DNA of 64,000 nt from Eledone cirrhosa. Taxonomy: Eukaryota. A program made the position numbers and the translations under genes. The notes beneath the pieces were generated by a model. The model worked only from the letters and a program-made list of their open reading frames with translations, was not told the DNA's origin and ran no database searches. Positions 1 to 13,900 of this stretch are shown one piece after another. The stretch lies in the NCBI GenBank assembly GCA_964016885.1, contig OZ024743.1:51956001-52020000 (forward strand), given 5' to 3'. Each line of letters begins with the position of its first letter. The stretch's first letter is position 1.

Positions 1-299
1 CAAGGGAATGTGGAACAATATATTTTCTGGTCGGTTTTAAAGTATACAAAAAAAAAAAAAAGAAAAAAAGAGTGGTCCCAGAGCAGGAATCGAAATAAAA
101 ATATCTTCCCACTAATATGTGTATTTGAAAAATACGTTACTATCTGCAAATAAAAAAATCATTTACGGAAGAAATAAAATCATATATTCGGCCCTGTGTC
201 ATATGTTAAATACGACCGTCCTTTTCATAAGATTTTAGTGCCACTTTAGAGAAGGATTATAGGGTTTTTCCGGATATAAATATTTTTTCCGATCATATA

Positions 300-380
300 C
301 TTGATTGGTACTTTATTTTATCGACCCATGAACGATGAAAGACAAAGTAGACTCCGACTGAATATGAAACTCAGAACATA
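300..380 (-). mobile_element. SINE-like dispersed repeat fragment (family also at 8700-8890, 51305-51380, 55225-55405)
   Basis: Reverse complement resembles ttctgagttcaaatcccgccgaggttaactttgcctttcatc...tcgataaaataaagtaccag seen at 8772-8850 and 55290-55360. Confidence 0.6.
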
Positions 381-689
381 AAAGAATAAATATTGTAATC
401 TATTTGTCCGTTGCTGCCGATTCTACTAAGCCACTGTTGTCATTGATATTAAAAGCGAGCTAAGATTCACTTCACATACGTCACTTAACCTCACCTGGAA
501 ACCTTAAAATGTTTGCACCTTGCATTCGGTAATGAGATGAAATGGAAATGGAATTTATATCTCACATCTAGCTTTAGCTAGCCTCAAAGTTGTATCTCAT
601 ATTGGTTTAGCTTGCTTCATACAAAATTGTATCTCATAGGATACTTCCTGGGTGTTTTAATTATAGGGCTCCCAGTCCTATCATGAAAG

Positions 690-800
690 CAACGTAAAAT
701 AAAGTGACTTGCTCAAGAACACAACGCACAACCAGGAACCGAACTTACGACCTTATGATCAAAAGTAAAACATTCTAACTACAAGACCATGTGCATTCAT
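690..800 (-). mobile_element. tRNA/CORE-type SINE fragment
   Basis: cttgctcaagaacacaacgca...ccaggaaccgaact...ctaact matches 9850-9930 and 57110-57195. Confidence 0.5.
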
Positions 801-859
801 GATCACTAGACAATGTGGAGTAGACCCTCAGTAAAGTGTTATGTTGGTGCCATGTTAAA

Positions 860-1340
860 TTGCACCCAGTACACTCTATAAAGTGGCATTGTTGATTCCA
901 CGGTTAACAGCACCCAGCACACTGTAAAATGTTAGTACTGCTGTCACAATAAAATACACCCAGTACACTCAGTAAAGTGGTAGTGTTACTGCCACAATAA
1001 ACTGCACTCAGTAAACTCTGTAAAGTGGTATTGCTGGTTCCACAATAAACTACACCCAGTGCACTCAGTAAGGTGTTAGTACCACGATAAAGTGCTCTCA
1101 GTACATTGTGTAAAGCGATAGTGCTAGTGTCACAATAAAATACACCTAGAACTTTCTGTAAAGTGGTCAGTACTAGGAAGAACGTCCAAATTGTAGAAAC
1201 TAAGCAAAAATGGAACATGGTCACCTGACCCATCAAGGAGGACAGTAACTCCAATTAATTGGAGGTCTGTAATGACATGTCCAACCCATGCCAGATTGGG
1301 AAAACATAAAATGATGGAGATGATGACGATTATGGCAATG
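860..1340 (+). repeat. Degenerate tandem cacccagtacactc..taaagtgg units within a SINE-like repeat
   Basis: Motif recurs at about 863, 911, 956, 1033 and 1143; related sequence at 59236-59460. Confidence 0.5.
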
Positions 1341-1527
1341 ATGGTGACTATGCATTTTATTGTGCTACTAGCCCTAGAAAGTTGCTTTTGTAACAGGACT
1401 AAGCAGTCACTTTTAACCTGTAGTAGTTTTTTGTTGTTGTTGTTGTTGTTGTTTTTGTTTTGTTTTCAGACTAACTTCTAGATGGGCTTGAAGAGTACTT
1501 CTCTTGTTTATGAGAAACAAAATATTT

Positions 1528-1561
1528 CATCACCATCCCCACCACCACCACCACCACCACC

Positions 1562-1608
<47 letters not shown>

Positions 1609-1656
1609 TATCAGCATCATCATTATCAGCATCATCATTATCAGCATCATCATCAT
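1528..1656. repeat. (CAC)n/(CAT)n microsatellite
   Basis: Direct reading; explains the poly-His and poly-Met/Val ORFs. Confidence 0.95.
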
Positions 1657-3342
<1,686 letters not shown>

Positions 3343-3556
3343 ACTACTCAGATGGGCCAAGGGCCCACATTTTGCTTACATACGTTCCCACACTCTACAG
3401 AGGTGACCAAGACAGAGACAAGGGAAAAACGGACAGTCTCTTCTCTTCAGTTAACAACTGGAAATCGTTATAGGGCACTTCTGCTAGTATATATATATAT
3501 TTTTTTAAACACTTTAGTCTTTATTGTGTTGTATCAGATGAAAGAATGATATTTAA

Positions 3557-4369
3557 CTAATGTATTGGTACGCGATGGGGCCCACCCACAGCCCCGGCGG
3601 ACAGAATGGAGAAGGCGTTTCCCCGGTGGACGGCAAGGGAGACGCGCTGGAAAAGCCACTCCAACTCGCGGGGCTCACACCTGCGGCTGGCCATCTCAGC
3701 GCCTATGGTGGTGAGTAAGGAGGTAGCCCTGGGGCCGAGGACACCAGAAGTCTCCACTACCAGGGGAACGACCGCAAACCTGTCGGAGAGCGACCCGTAT
3801 TTGAGGAGTTTGGCCCCCTCAGCCCGACGTGCAGCAGAACCTGGGTCAGTCGCAGACTGCACCAGGTTGTGGCTGCAGAAAGTGTCGGTGCAAGTGGCAT
3901 CCCAGACGAGGGGTTTGCCACCGCGGAACGGGAAGATGGTCATGCCATCTGGCCTTTTGCCGTCCCCTCGATCCAGCCCCACCGGCTCGAGCTGGGAAGG
4001 GAAGCCTGCAGCGTCCAAGCCATGCTTAATGACCTCATTGAGGGCAGCATGGCGTGGAATGCGGCCGGCACTGTGGCGACAGGAAAGCGGGTGGAGGCTG
4101 AAAGAGTCCACGATGGAACCGCAGCGACATTGGTGTGGCTGGCAGATCCGGAGGCCGAGCCTCAGGGAAACGCCGATTCGCAGGCTATGGTTGTCTAGCT
4201 GCGTGCCAGTGGAGAAGAAGGGCAGGGCATGGATCCAGGCACCACTGTGGGGTTTTTGAGGCCGCACGAAAACAAGCAAGGCGGTGCTGGTCGAGCTGGC
4301 GCGTGAGCCTGTCTGAGGCCAGGCTGCACTGGATAGCATCCCAAGTGCGTTGGGGGGACTTGACGTCAA
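3557..4369 (-). pseudogene. C-terminal CCHC + RLE (PD-(D/E)xK) endonuclease segment of the CRE-like element
   Basis: HSGAWIHALP, CRCG..HPLSC, RHAALNE, KRPDGMT, WDATCTDT, PLVVETSG, RVSLAVHRGNA. Confidence 0.85.
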
Positions 4370-4787
4370 CAGGGGGAGAAGGAGGAGGGACGTCTACTGG
4401 GCTAAGTCCCAGCCGGTCCCCACGTCTCACAGGCGGCCTCACGTTCTCTCAACACAGAGGGTTTTGTTGTGTTTTGAAGAACCCTGCTGACGAGGACGCG
4501 GCACGAGGTTACCGACGAAAGATACGCCGGCAAAGCTAGTGAGATCGGGGACCGGAGGCCAAGGCCGCCATACCTGACCGGTAAAGTGGCCTGTTGCCAC
4601 CCTATGTCGTCAAACTTGACGTTGCATATCCCCTCAGCTGCTGCTCGGATACAAGTATCGAGGTCAACGAGGAGAGATGTCTGGGTGTAGCATGGAGCGC
4701 TGCGGAGTGTATAGAGGAGCTTCGGCATGGCGAAGCAGTTCCTCAGCAGAAAGAGAGCTGGGTGGCCGTCAATCAAGCCCAGTCGGC

Positions 4788-6200
4788 TCATGAGAGTCTG
4801 GAGCTGTTGAAGCCTGGACCTGGTGGTGGAGCGAATGGCGGGCAGGTGGATCGGTGACCCGAGGATGAGGACATCCTCTTTGGGGTCACCTGAACCTGGC
4901 GGAGAATGGACCGCACGTCCAAGACGGAGGCTGCAAAGCTCGCAGCATCGAGGCTGACGTTCACCATCTCCGACTTGGCCGAGTTGACCTGGAGGCCGAT
5001 TCCCGCCAGGGCAGGAATCACCGATTGAAGGTCTTGGCAGACCGTCCGTACGGGCCCGCCCAACGTAGCCTCATCCAGATACCAAACATTGAGAGGGGCC
5101 ATGATACTCCGGGCGATGTGGTCAATACCAAGGGCGAACAGGAGGGGTCCCAAAGGGTCGCCCTGTTGGACCCCAGTAACCGAGGGTATGACCGTATCAG
5201 CAGCTAGGAGCATGCTCGGGGCTCCATATGATAGGTAGGCCAGCGGGTAGGCAGAGAGGGCTCGGCTGAGGCAGGCCTCGAGCAGATGATCCCGGCGTAA
5301 AGAGTTAAAGGCATTCCTCATGTCAATCTTGACAATGAGGTGCCTGGAGTCCCTGGATGCCGGTACCGATGGGCAGATGCTGAAGAACTGCCTGATTGCA
5401 TGAGCGGCTCCCTCACAGCCACCGGACACGCCGACACCCAGTTGCACCGGACTAAACTCCTCACCTAGTTCGTGTGTGACGGACTTGCAGATCACTTTGG
5501 CAGCCAGCCTCCGGAAGACATTGCCCACAGCAATGGGGCGTATGCCACCGTCTTTCTTCCTGAGAGCGGTGAGGCTGGCCAAAAAAATGAGGCCTCGGGC
5601 GTAAGGGTCGAGGGCACCATGAATGAGCCTATTGGTGAGCGTCACAATTGCACGCAGAAGGCGGCGCCCGGTCTCAGCGGAGAGGTGGCCTGGTTGGAGA
5701 CCATCAACACCTCCGCAGCTGCTAGCTGGGAAGGACCTGATGGCGGACATGATATCTGCATCAGTAGCCACAAGGAGCAGGTGGGGGTCGGGTGGGGGTA
5801 TGGGTCTGAGATCAGTGGGTGGCTCAGGGTGTTTGAACCGCAGAGCAGCCAGGACCTCCTCGGTGGGTTGGAGGACAGTGTCCTCTGAGGCAACAACTCT
5901 GACTGCGGCTGAGACATCACCCATGATAAGCTTTGCGTTTACCTGGTCACGCGCTGGCCTCGGGGGTGGAGGATAGCGGGTACCTGAGGGTGGGGTGTGT
6001 GGCGTCCCTGGGCACGCTTGGAATGGGCGCTCGCCCAAATGACGAGACATTGGCCTTGACGAGGGCTGCTGTTGACCAGCCGCCTTGGTCAACGCCAGAG
6101 CTGGGGAGGCCGAGGGTGAGTGGGGCGAAATAGAAAAGCCGCTCCCAGTCACTGGCTCGATCGGAGTCCAGGGCGCTCTCAATCGAGGAAGCGAGGGCAT
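4788..6200 (-). pseudogene. Reverse transcriptase segment of the CRE-like element
   Basis: 470 aa ORF with RT motifs; catalytic YLDD reads YLDE; frameshifts on both sides. Confidence 0.85.
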
Positions 6201-7307
6201 CGGCTACCGGCACCCGTGCCGCTCTCGGGATCCTGAGTAGGATCTTTCGGAGCCGCCTGAGCCGAGTGATGTTGACCAGCGAGGCTCGGGTGTCAGGCAA
6301 GCTCGCTGTCCCATCTGGTGGTGTGCCAGACGACCGTGGCTTGGAAGACGTGGGGAAGAGGCAGCTCCTGCACCTCCACGCTGCGAGGGCATTGGAAGCT
6401 CGACGAGTCAGGCCAACGGAGGTGAGGTGGTGGAAGCAGCCGCACCCCAAACAGTTCCGGTCCCTCTTCCGTTTGTTAGTGGTGCCGTAAGTGCTGCAGG
6501 TGTCGATTTGGAGGGGTGGGGGATGGGGCGTGGGGCCGGGTACTGGGGCACCGAGCGGCATCAGGGGTGGGTGGCTGGCGTATGTGGGTGGAAGGGAAAG
6601 TGCTGGTAAGAGGGCAGCATAACTCATCTATATATATGGAGGTGCCAGAAAACGAGAGCGAAAAGCGGCTGCATGGAGGGGGAGACACAGGAAGGTAGAA
6701 TGGCAGTAAATGAATGAGTGAATGGATGGATGTACACAAAAAAAGTGGGGGTGGGGAGAAAACAAGGGGTTGTTCCCAGCGGAAAGACCCAGAGTTCAGC
6801 ACGCACACATGCGAGCAACTGAGCAATTTGTCATAGGACCTAGTGGCTGGCTTCCTCTTGTTAATGGTAGAGTTGTTGTTGTTAATGACACTGTTGTCGT
6901 CGTTGCCTTCCTCTTGTTTTTTCCTAAGTCACTTTCATATTGATATTTCCAACTGAATTCGATAGAATTTTCATCGGTTGCACAATAATCAAAGAGAACA
7001 AAACACACCCGGAGTGATTTGAACTCAGAGCCAAAAGGCACAAATCTAATTACTCTAAACGATTTAGATATGTAATTCTAATGAGTACACCAGTAGACCG
7101 AGAAAATCAATCCACAATGGTACCTCAACAATGCATCTAAGTGATTTGTATCTGTATTTTAATTAAACTGATGATATGCACGGTCTGTACTCACTAATGG
7201 TAAATAGTTAAATAAAATGATTTACTATATGTAGCATAAGCTAGGTAGAAACAATTGTCTGTTATTAAATGTCTTAAACCTTTAGATTATTTGGTTTGTA
7301 AACAAAC

Positions 7308-7316
7308 TGTGTGTGC

Positions 7317-7357
<41 letters not shown>

Positions 7358-7478
7358 CGCGCGTGTGCGTGTGTGCGCGTGTGCGTGTGTGCGCGTGTGC
7401 GCGCGCGTGTATGTATGTGTGTGTGTGTGCGTGTGCGTGTGTGTGTGTGTGTGTGCGTGTGTGTGTGCGTGTGTGTGT
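7308..7478. repeat. (GT)n/(GC)n microsatellite
   Basis: Direct reading. Confidence 0.95.
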
Positions 7479-7953
7479 AACCAAACCTCAAGGAGATCTT
7501 TTCCCATGTTCACAAATAGTCACATTACCAACAGACACCAACCTTTAATCTCAGTCAGACTAACTTCAATACCAATTTCTTAGTTTGAGCTACAAATTTC
7601 GCCGATTAGATTTACTGTCAGAAAACTGTTAGGCTACCTGTTTAATATTTTCTGGGCACCCAATCATTATAAATTCAAAAGATTTTGACCCCAGTAGGGA
7701 GAATCTACTTCTTCACTCTGCCACAGACAGACAGCCTGTTTTTCAGCCTAGCTCAGCACTAGCAGGGCTAGCTTCCAACATCAATAAAATGTTAGTAGGA
7801 TTCACTACTGTTTAGATTCGACATTCACACAGTCAACACACCACAATAATCCAGCTACCTTTTACACTATTTCACATGATTTTAGAGTAAATCATGAAAC
7901 CAACAAAAACATAAAAATTAGCAGTGTCTTGTTCATTTGTAAATTCATATTAA

Positions 7954-8150
7954 CAGATCTGTCAACTCTCCCTGTCCGACGTAGAGACCTCCCCAACCTC
8001 ACACACTTGTGGATGAGAGATGTCTTCTCTTGTGATATGGTTATAGCTTTCATTATGTAAAATCTCCCCATTTTGCCTCATTGCTCCCCGTTTTGGGGCA
8101 CTTTTTTTTACGGTACTCCCCGTTTGGCTTTTTAGGGGTTGGCAGGTCTG
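7954..8150. mobile_element. Possible MITE with imperfect ~13 bp TIRs
   Basis: CAGATCTGTCAAC at 7954 versus GTTGGCAGGTCTG ending at 8150; flanks tattaa/tatcaa. Confidence 0.4.
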
Positions 8151-8419
8151 TATCAATGTGATTGGAGAAAATCATTTTTTCCTATGGCAATATCACAACA
8201 CAGCAAGCAACTACAACTACTGGTGTTATTGACCTTGGCAAGACACCACTCTAACAATTCTCTCAACTCACTGAGCCACTTTACTGTCATCTACTCAACT
8301 AACAAACCACTTATTCAACTAATTCCTTAATTCATCTCACAACACTTACTACACCACTACAAATGAATCAAACAGACTAACAAACTTTCCCGTACACCTA
8401 CTAAATAAATATAAGTATA

Positions 8420-9210
8420 TATATATATATATATATTATAATATAATATAATAAAGGAAGGAGTGCGGGACAGCGTCCGTTTTATATTTTTCTATCCCGT
8501 TAGTAAAATAAGTTTGATTACTTTGAATAAATAATTAATGAATATTATGTAATTTATCTACTAAATTTCGTAGCTCTTCATTAAACATAAATATTCTTAT
8601 ATATAAAGTATTGCTTATTTTAACATTCACTTCTTTAACATTTTCAAATGTCAACACGTCCGGTTAGCGCCCATTATATCATAACACTGGATGGTAGTAT
8701 AACGGTGGATTGGCAGTATCGGTAGAGGGTCGGACGCCATGCTTTGACGCATAGAGTTACGGCCCTTGCCATTCTGAGTTCAAATCCCGCCGAGGTTAAC
8801 TTTGCCTTTCATCTTTACGGGATCGATAAAATAAAGTACCAGTAATACACTGGGTAATTGCTGGCCTTGTGCCTAACGTAGAAACAATTATATCATAACA
8901 CTCATCACATCACTTATATAAACGTTCATATATTTGCATCGTTATATAAGGTTTATATTTCCGTCGCTAATTTTCTCCTTTTTCATTTTCATAACATTTT
9001 AATTTATCATATATGCAGTTTATATATAATATCGTCTTTTTTTAATGTATCATGGATTACTTTACTGATTACAGAAGAGAGTGTAATACAGACTTCGTTC
9101 AGTTTCTGTGCATATTGTCATGTCTACATGCATATATATTTACGTATAATATCAATATGCACACTACACATGCTAGCAGAAAACCACCCGAAGGAAGATT
9201 TTTCTGCTAG
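8420..9210 (+). mobile_element. Possible non-autonomous Helitron carrying a SINE insertion (8700-8890)
   Basis: Starts in (TA)n; ends with the inverted repeat CTAGCAGAAAA..TTTTCTGCTAG followed by T, matching other CTGCTAG-T ends in the window. Confidence 0.45.
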
Positions 9211-9391
9211 TATATATAACTGGACATTTGGAAACTCGGCTTCATAGAATCGAGACGTATCTGAGGACCTTGCGATTTCAGAGTCAGGTTCGATAATTAC
9301 ACTGATCGTGCCTCGAGCTGGTCGCTAGAGAAACGATTGTAATATGTCTAATAAATTTTATTCGTGGCAACACCGATTCTCCGTTTCTTAT

Positions 9392-9754
<363 letters not shown>

Positions 9755-10127
9755 CGGACCAACGGAACAATGTTTCCGTTGGCCTTTCCAATTGCTAGTA
9801 CTATCTATCGGTCGAAACTCCAGGTAGAAGGACCAACGTGAAATAAAGTATCTTGCTCAAGGACATAACGCATTGCCCGGTCCAGGAATCAACTCACAAT
9901 TTCACGATTGCGAATCCAATTCTCTAACCACTTATATATATTGAAGACTCATGCGTATAAAAGACTGCTGGTATACGTATATTCACACATTGTATGTATT
10001 TGATCTGACTGGTTTTATCAACGGAATTTAGGTCAGCATTTATATTGTTGATACTAACAGGTAAACTCTCTTAAGAACTATTTAAAAAATATAAAACAAT
10101 ACTATTAAAACCACAACCACCCACAAA

Positions 10128-10288
10128 CATGGCTGTGTGGTTAATGTGTTCGTTTCCCAACTACGTGGTTTCCAGTTCAGTTCCACTGCGCTGCACTATA
10201 GTCAAATATCTTTTACTATAATCCTATGTTGACCAATGCTTTTCAAATGGAATTTGGTAAATGGAAACTTCGTGAAAGTCCATTCAAT
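10128..10288 (+). mobile_element. tRNA/CORE-type SINE fragment
   Basis: ggctgtgtggttaa...ttcagttccactg...ttttactata is similar to 56490-56600. Confidence 0.5.
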
Positions 10289-10334
10289 GTAGTGATGGTT
10301 TATTTACCAATGTCAATAATGGTTTTATTACTAA

Positions 10335-10945
10335 CTAGCAGCAGTACCCAGCGTTGCCTGGGTAGGTAAAATAATATCTGCTTTGGTGAAAAGGTGTTGA
10401 TCTTAGCGACTGCTTCTCGATGACTCATCTATGGCCACACACAGGCCATGCGGGGGAGGGTGATGATGACCTCTATCACTGAGAAACGCGGGTGACTGAC
10501 GAAGGGGCATGTTGGGGGAGGGAGTTTCGAATTTGAACGAAATTGGTTGAAAAATGTGGGAACTAGAGCCGAAAAGGCGGAAATTTGAGCGAAAAGGTGG
10601 TATTTTCGAATATTTAAGCGGCTGCCACGCCGTTCCTGAACAAAAAATCCAAAATGTAAAGCCACTTTAAGACGTGAAATAATCAAATCTAGCGTAGTGT
10701 AAAATTTGAACAGAGTAGGTTGATTAATGTGGGAACTAGAGCCGAAAAGGTGGAAATTTGAGTTTAAAAGTGGTATTTTTGAATATTTAAGCGGCCACCA
10801 CGCCGTCCCTGAAGAACAAATGCAAAATATAAAGCGTTACAGGATGCGCAATGATAAATTCTATTTTGCTTTAAAATTTGAACGAAATCGGTGGCAAAAT
10901 GTGGAAACTAGAGCCAAAAATCTCATTTTTCGATACCTAAAAAAA
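10335..10945 (-). mobile_element. Helitron 3' fragment inserted in the edge of the satellite
   Basis: Minus strand ends with hairpin ACCCAGGCAACGCTGGGT, then ACTGCTG-CTAG-T. Internal repeats aatgtgggaactagagccgaaaagg at about 10553, 10727 and 10899. Confidence 0.7.
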
Positions 10946-10949
10946 AATC

Positions 10950-13900
10950 TCAGTGATGGTTTAATTACCAATGTCTGTAGTGATGGTTTAATTATCAATG
11001 TCAGTGATGGTTTAATTACGAATGTCTGTAGTGATGGTTTATTACCAATGTCTGTGATGGTTTAATTATCAATGCATGTAGTGATGGTTTAATTACTAAT
11101 GTCTGTTGTGATGGTTTATTACAAACGTCTGTAGTGATGGTTTATTACCAATGTCTGTAGTGATGGTTTAATTATCAATGTCTGTGATGGTTTATTACCA
11201 ATGTCAGTAGTGATGGTTTAATAACCAATGTCTGTATTGATGGTTTAATAACCAATGTCTGTAGTGATGGTTTATTACAAATGTCTGTAGTGATGGTTTA
11301 TTACCAATGTCTATAGTGATGGTTTAATTATCAATGTCTGTGATGGTTTATTACCAATGTCTGTAGTGATGGATTAATAACCAATGTCTGTATTGATGGT
11401 TTAATTACCAATGTCTGTGATGGTTTATTACCAATGTCAGTAGTGATGGTTTAATAACCAATGTCTGTATTGATGGTTTATTACAAATGTCTGTAGAGAT
11501 GGTTTAATAACCAATGTCAGTGATGATTTATTACCAATATCAGTGATGGTTTAATTATCAATGTCTGTAGTGATGGTTTAATTATCAATGTCAGTGATGG
11601 TTTAATTACGAATGTCTGTAGTGATGGTTTATTATCAATGTCTGTGATGGTTTAATTATCAATGCATGTAGTGATGGTTTAATTACTAATGTCTGTTGTG
11701 ATGGTTTATTACAAACGTCTGTAGTGATGGTTTATTACCAATGTCTGTAGTGATGGTTTATTACCAATGTCAGTAGTGATGGTTTAATAACCAATGTCTG
11801 TAGTGATGGTTTATTACCAATGTCTGTAGAAATGGTTTAATTACCAATGTCTGTAGTGATGGTTTAATTAACAATGTCTGTAGTGATGGTTTAATTATCA
11901 GTGTCAGTGATGGTTTAATTATCAATGTCAGTGATGGTTTAATTACCAATCTCAGTGATGGTTTAATTACCAATGTCTGTAGTGATGGTTTAATTATCAA
12001 TGTCAGTGATGGTTTAATTACGAATGTCTGTAGTGATGGTTTATTACCAATGTCTGTGATAGTTTAATTATGAATGCATGTAGTGATGGTTTAATTACTA
12101 ATGTCTGTTGTGATGGTTTATTACAAACGTCTGTAGTGATGGTTTATTACCAATGTCTGTAGTGATGGTTTAATTATCAATGTCTGTGATGGTTTATTAC
12201 CAATGTCAGTAGTGATGGTTTAATAACCAATGTCTGTATTGATGGTTTAATAACCAATGTCTGTAGTGATGGTTTATTACAAATGTCTGTAGTGATGGTT
12301 TATTACCAATGTCTATAGTGATGGTTTAATTATCAATGTCTGTGATGGTTTATTACCAATGTCTGTAGTGATGGATTAATAACCAATGTCTGTATTGATG
12401 GTTTAATTACCAATGTCTGTAGTGATGGTTTATTACAAATGTCTGTAGAGATGGTTTAATAACCAATGTCAGTGATGATTTATTACCAATATCAGTGATG
12501 GTTTAATTATCAATGTCTGTGATGGTTTAATTACCAATGTCTGTAATGATGGTTTAATTACCAATGTCTGTAGTGATGGTTTAATTATCAATGTCTGTAG
12601 TGATGGTTTAATTATCAATGTCAGTGATGGTTTAATTACCAATGTCAGTGATGGTTTATTACCAATGTCTGTAGTGATGGTTTATTACCAATGTCTGTAG
12701 AAATGGTTTAATTACCAATGTCTGTAGTGATGGTTTAATTATCAATGTCAGTGATGGTTTAATTATCAATGTCAGTGATGGTTTAATTACCAATGTCAGT
12801 GATGGTTTAATTACCAATGTCAGTGATGGTTTATTACCAATGTCTGTAGTGATGGTTTATTACCAATGTCTGTAGAAATGGTTTAATTACCAATGTCTAT
12901 AGTGATGGTTTAATTATCAATGTCTGTAGTGATGGTTTATTACCAATGTCTGTAGTGATGGTTTAATTACCAATGCAGTAATGATTTATTACCAATATCA
13001 GTGATGGTTTAATTACGAATGTCTGTAGTGATGGTTTATTACCAATGTCTATGATGGTATAATTATCAATGCCTGTAGTGATGGTTTAATTATCAATGTG
13101 TGTAGTGATGGTTTAATAACCAATGTCTGTATTGATGGTTTAATTACCAATGTCTGTAATGATGGTTTATTACAAATGTCTGTAGTGATGGTTTATTACC
13201 AATGTCTGTAGTGATGGTTTAATTATCAATGTCTGTAGTGATGGTTTAATTACCAATATCAGTGATGGTTTATTACCAATGTCAGTAGTGATGGTTTATT
13301 ACCAATGTCTGTAGTGATGGTTTAATTATCAATGTCTGTAGTGATGGTTTATTACCAATGTCTGTAGTGATGGTTTAATTACCAATGTCAGTGATGGTTT
13401 AATAACCAATGTCTGCATTGATGTTTAAAATACCAATGACTATAGTGATGGTTTATTACCAATGTCTGTAGTGATGGTTTATTACCAATGTCTGTAGTGA
13501 TGGTTTAATTATCAATGTCTGTGATGGTTTATTACCAATGTCAGTAGTGATGGTTTAATAACCAATGTCTGTATTGATGGTTTAATAACCAATGTCTGTA
13601 GTGATGGTTTATTACAAATGTCTGTAGTGATGGTTTATTACCAATGTCTATAGTGATGGTTTAATTATCAATGTCTGTGATAGTTTATTACCAATGTCTG
13701 TAGTGATGGATTAATAACCAATGTCTGTATTGATGGTTTAATTACCAATGTCTGTAGTGATGGTTTATTACAAATGTCTGTAGAGATGGTTTAATAACCA
13801 ATGTCAGTGATGATTAATTACCAATATCAGTGATGGTTTAATTATCAATGTCTGTGATGGTTTAATTACCAATGTCAGTAATGGTTTAATTACGAATGTC

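Larger units (their letters stand above)
3500..6860 (-). mobile_element. CRE-clade non-LTR retrotransposon (RT + restriction-like endonuclease), frameshifted
   Basis: RT motifs LTALRKKDGGIRPIAVGNVFRRL, DMRNAFNS, GVQQGDPLGPLLF, WYLDE. C-terminal CRCG..H..SC, RH, RPDG, WDATC, E..K..KY, VETSG (RLE). AATAAA and a short A run next to (TA)n at about 3490-3525. Much more GC-rich than the flanks. 5' boundary approximate. Confidence 0.85.

Noticed and set aside
9295-9345. Hammerhead-like ATTACA CTGATCG...GAAA CGAT TGTAAT
   Set aside because: Core deviates from CTGANGA and stems II and III do not form well; at best a decayed relic.
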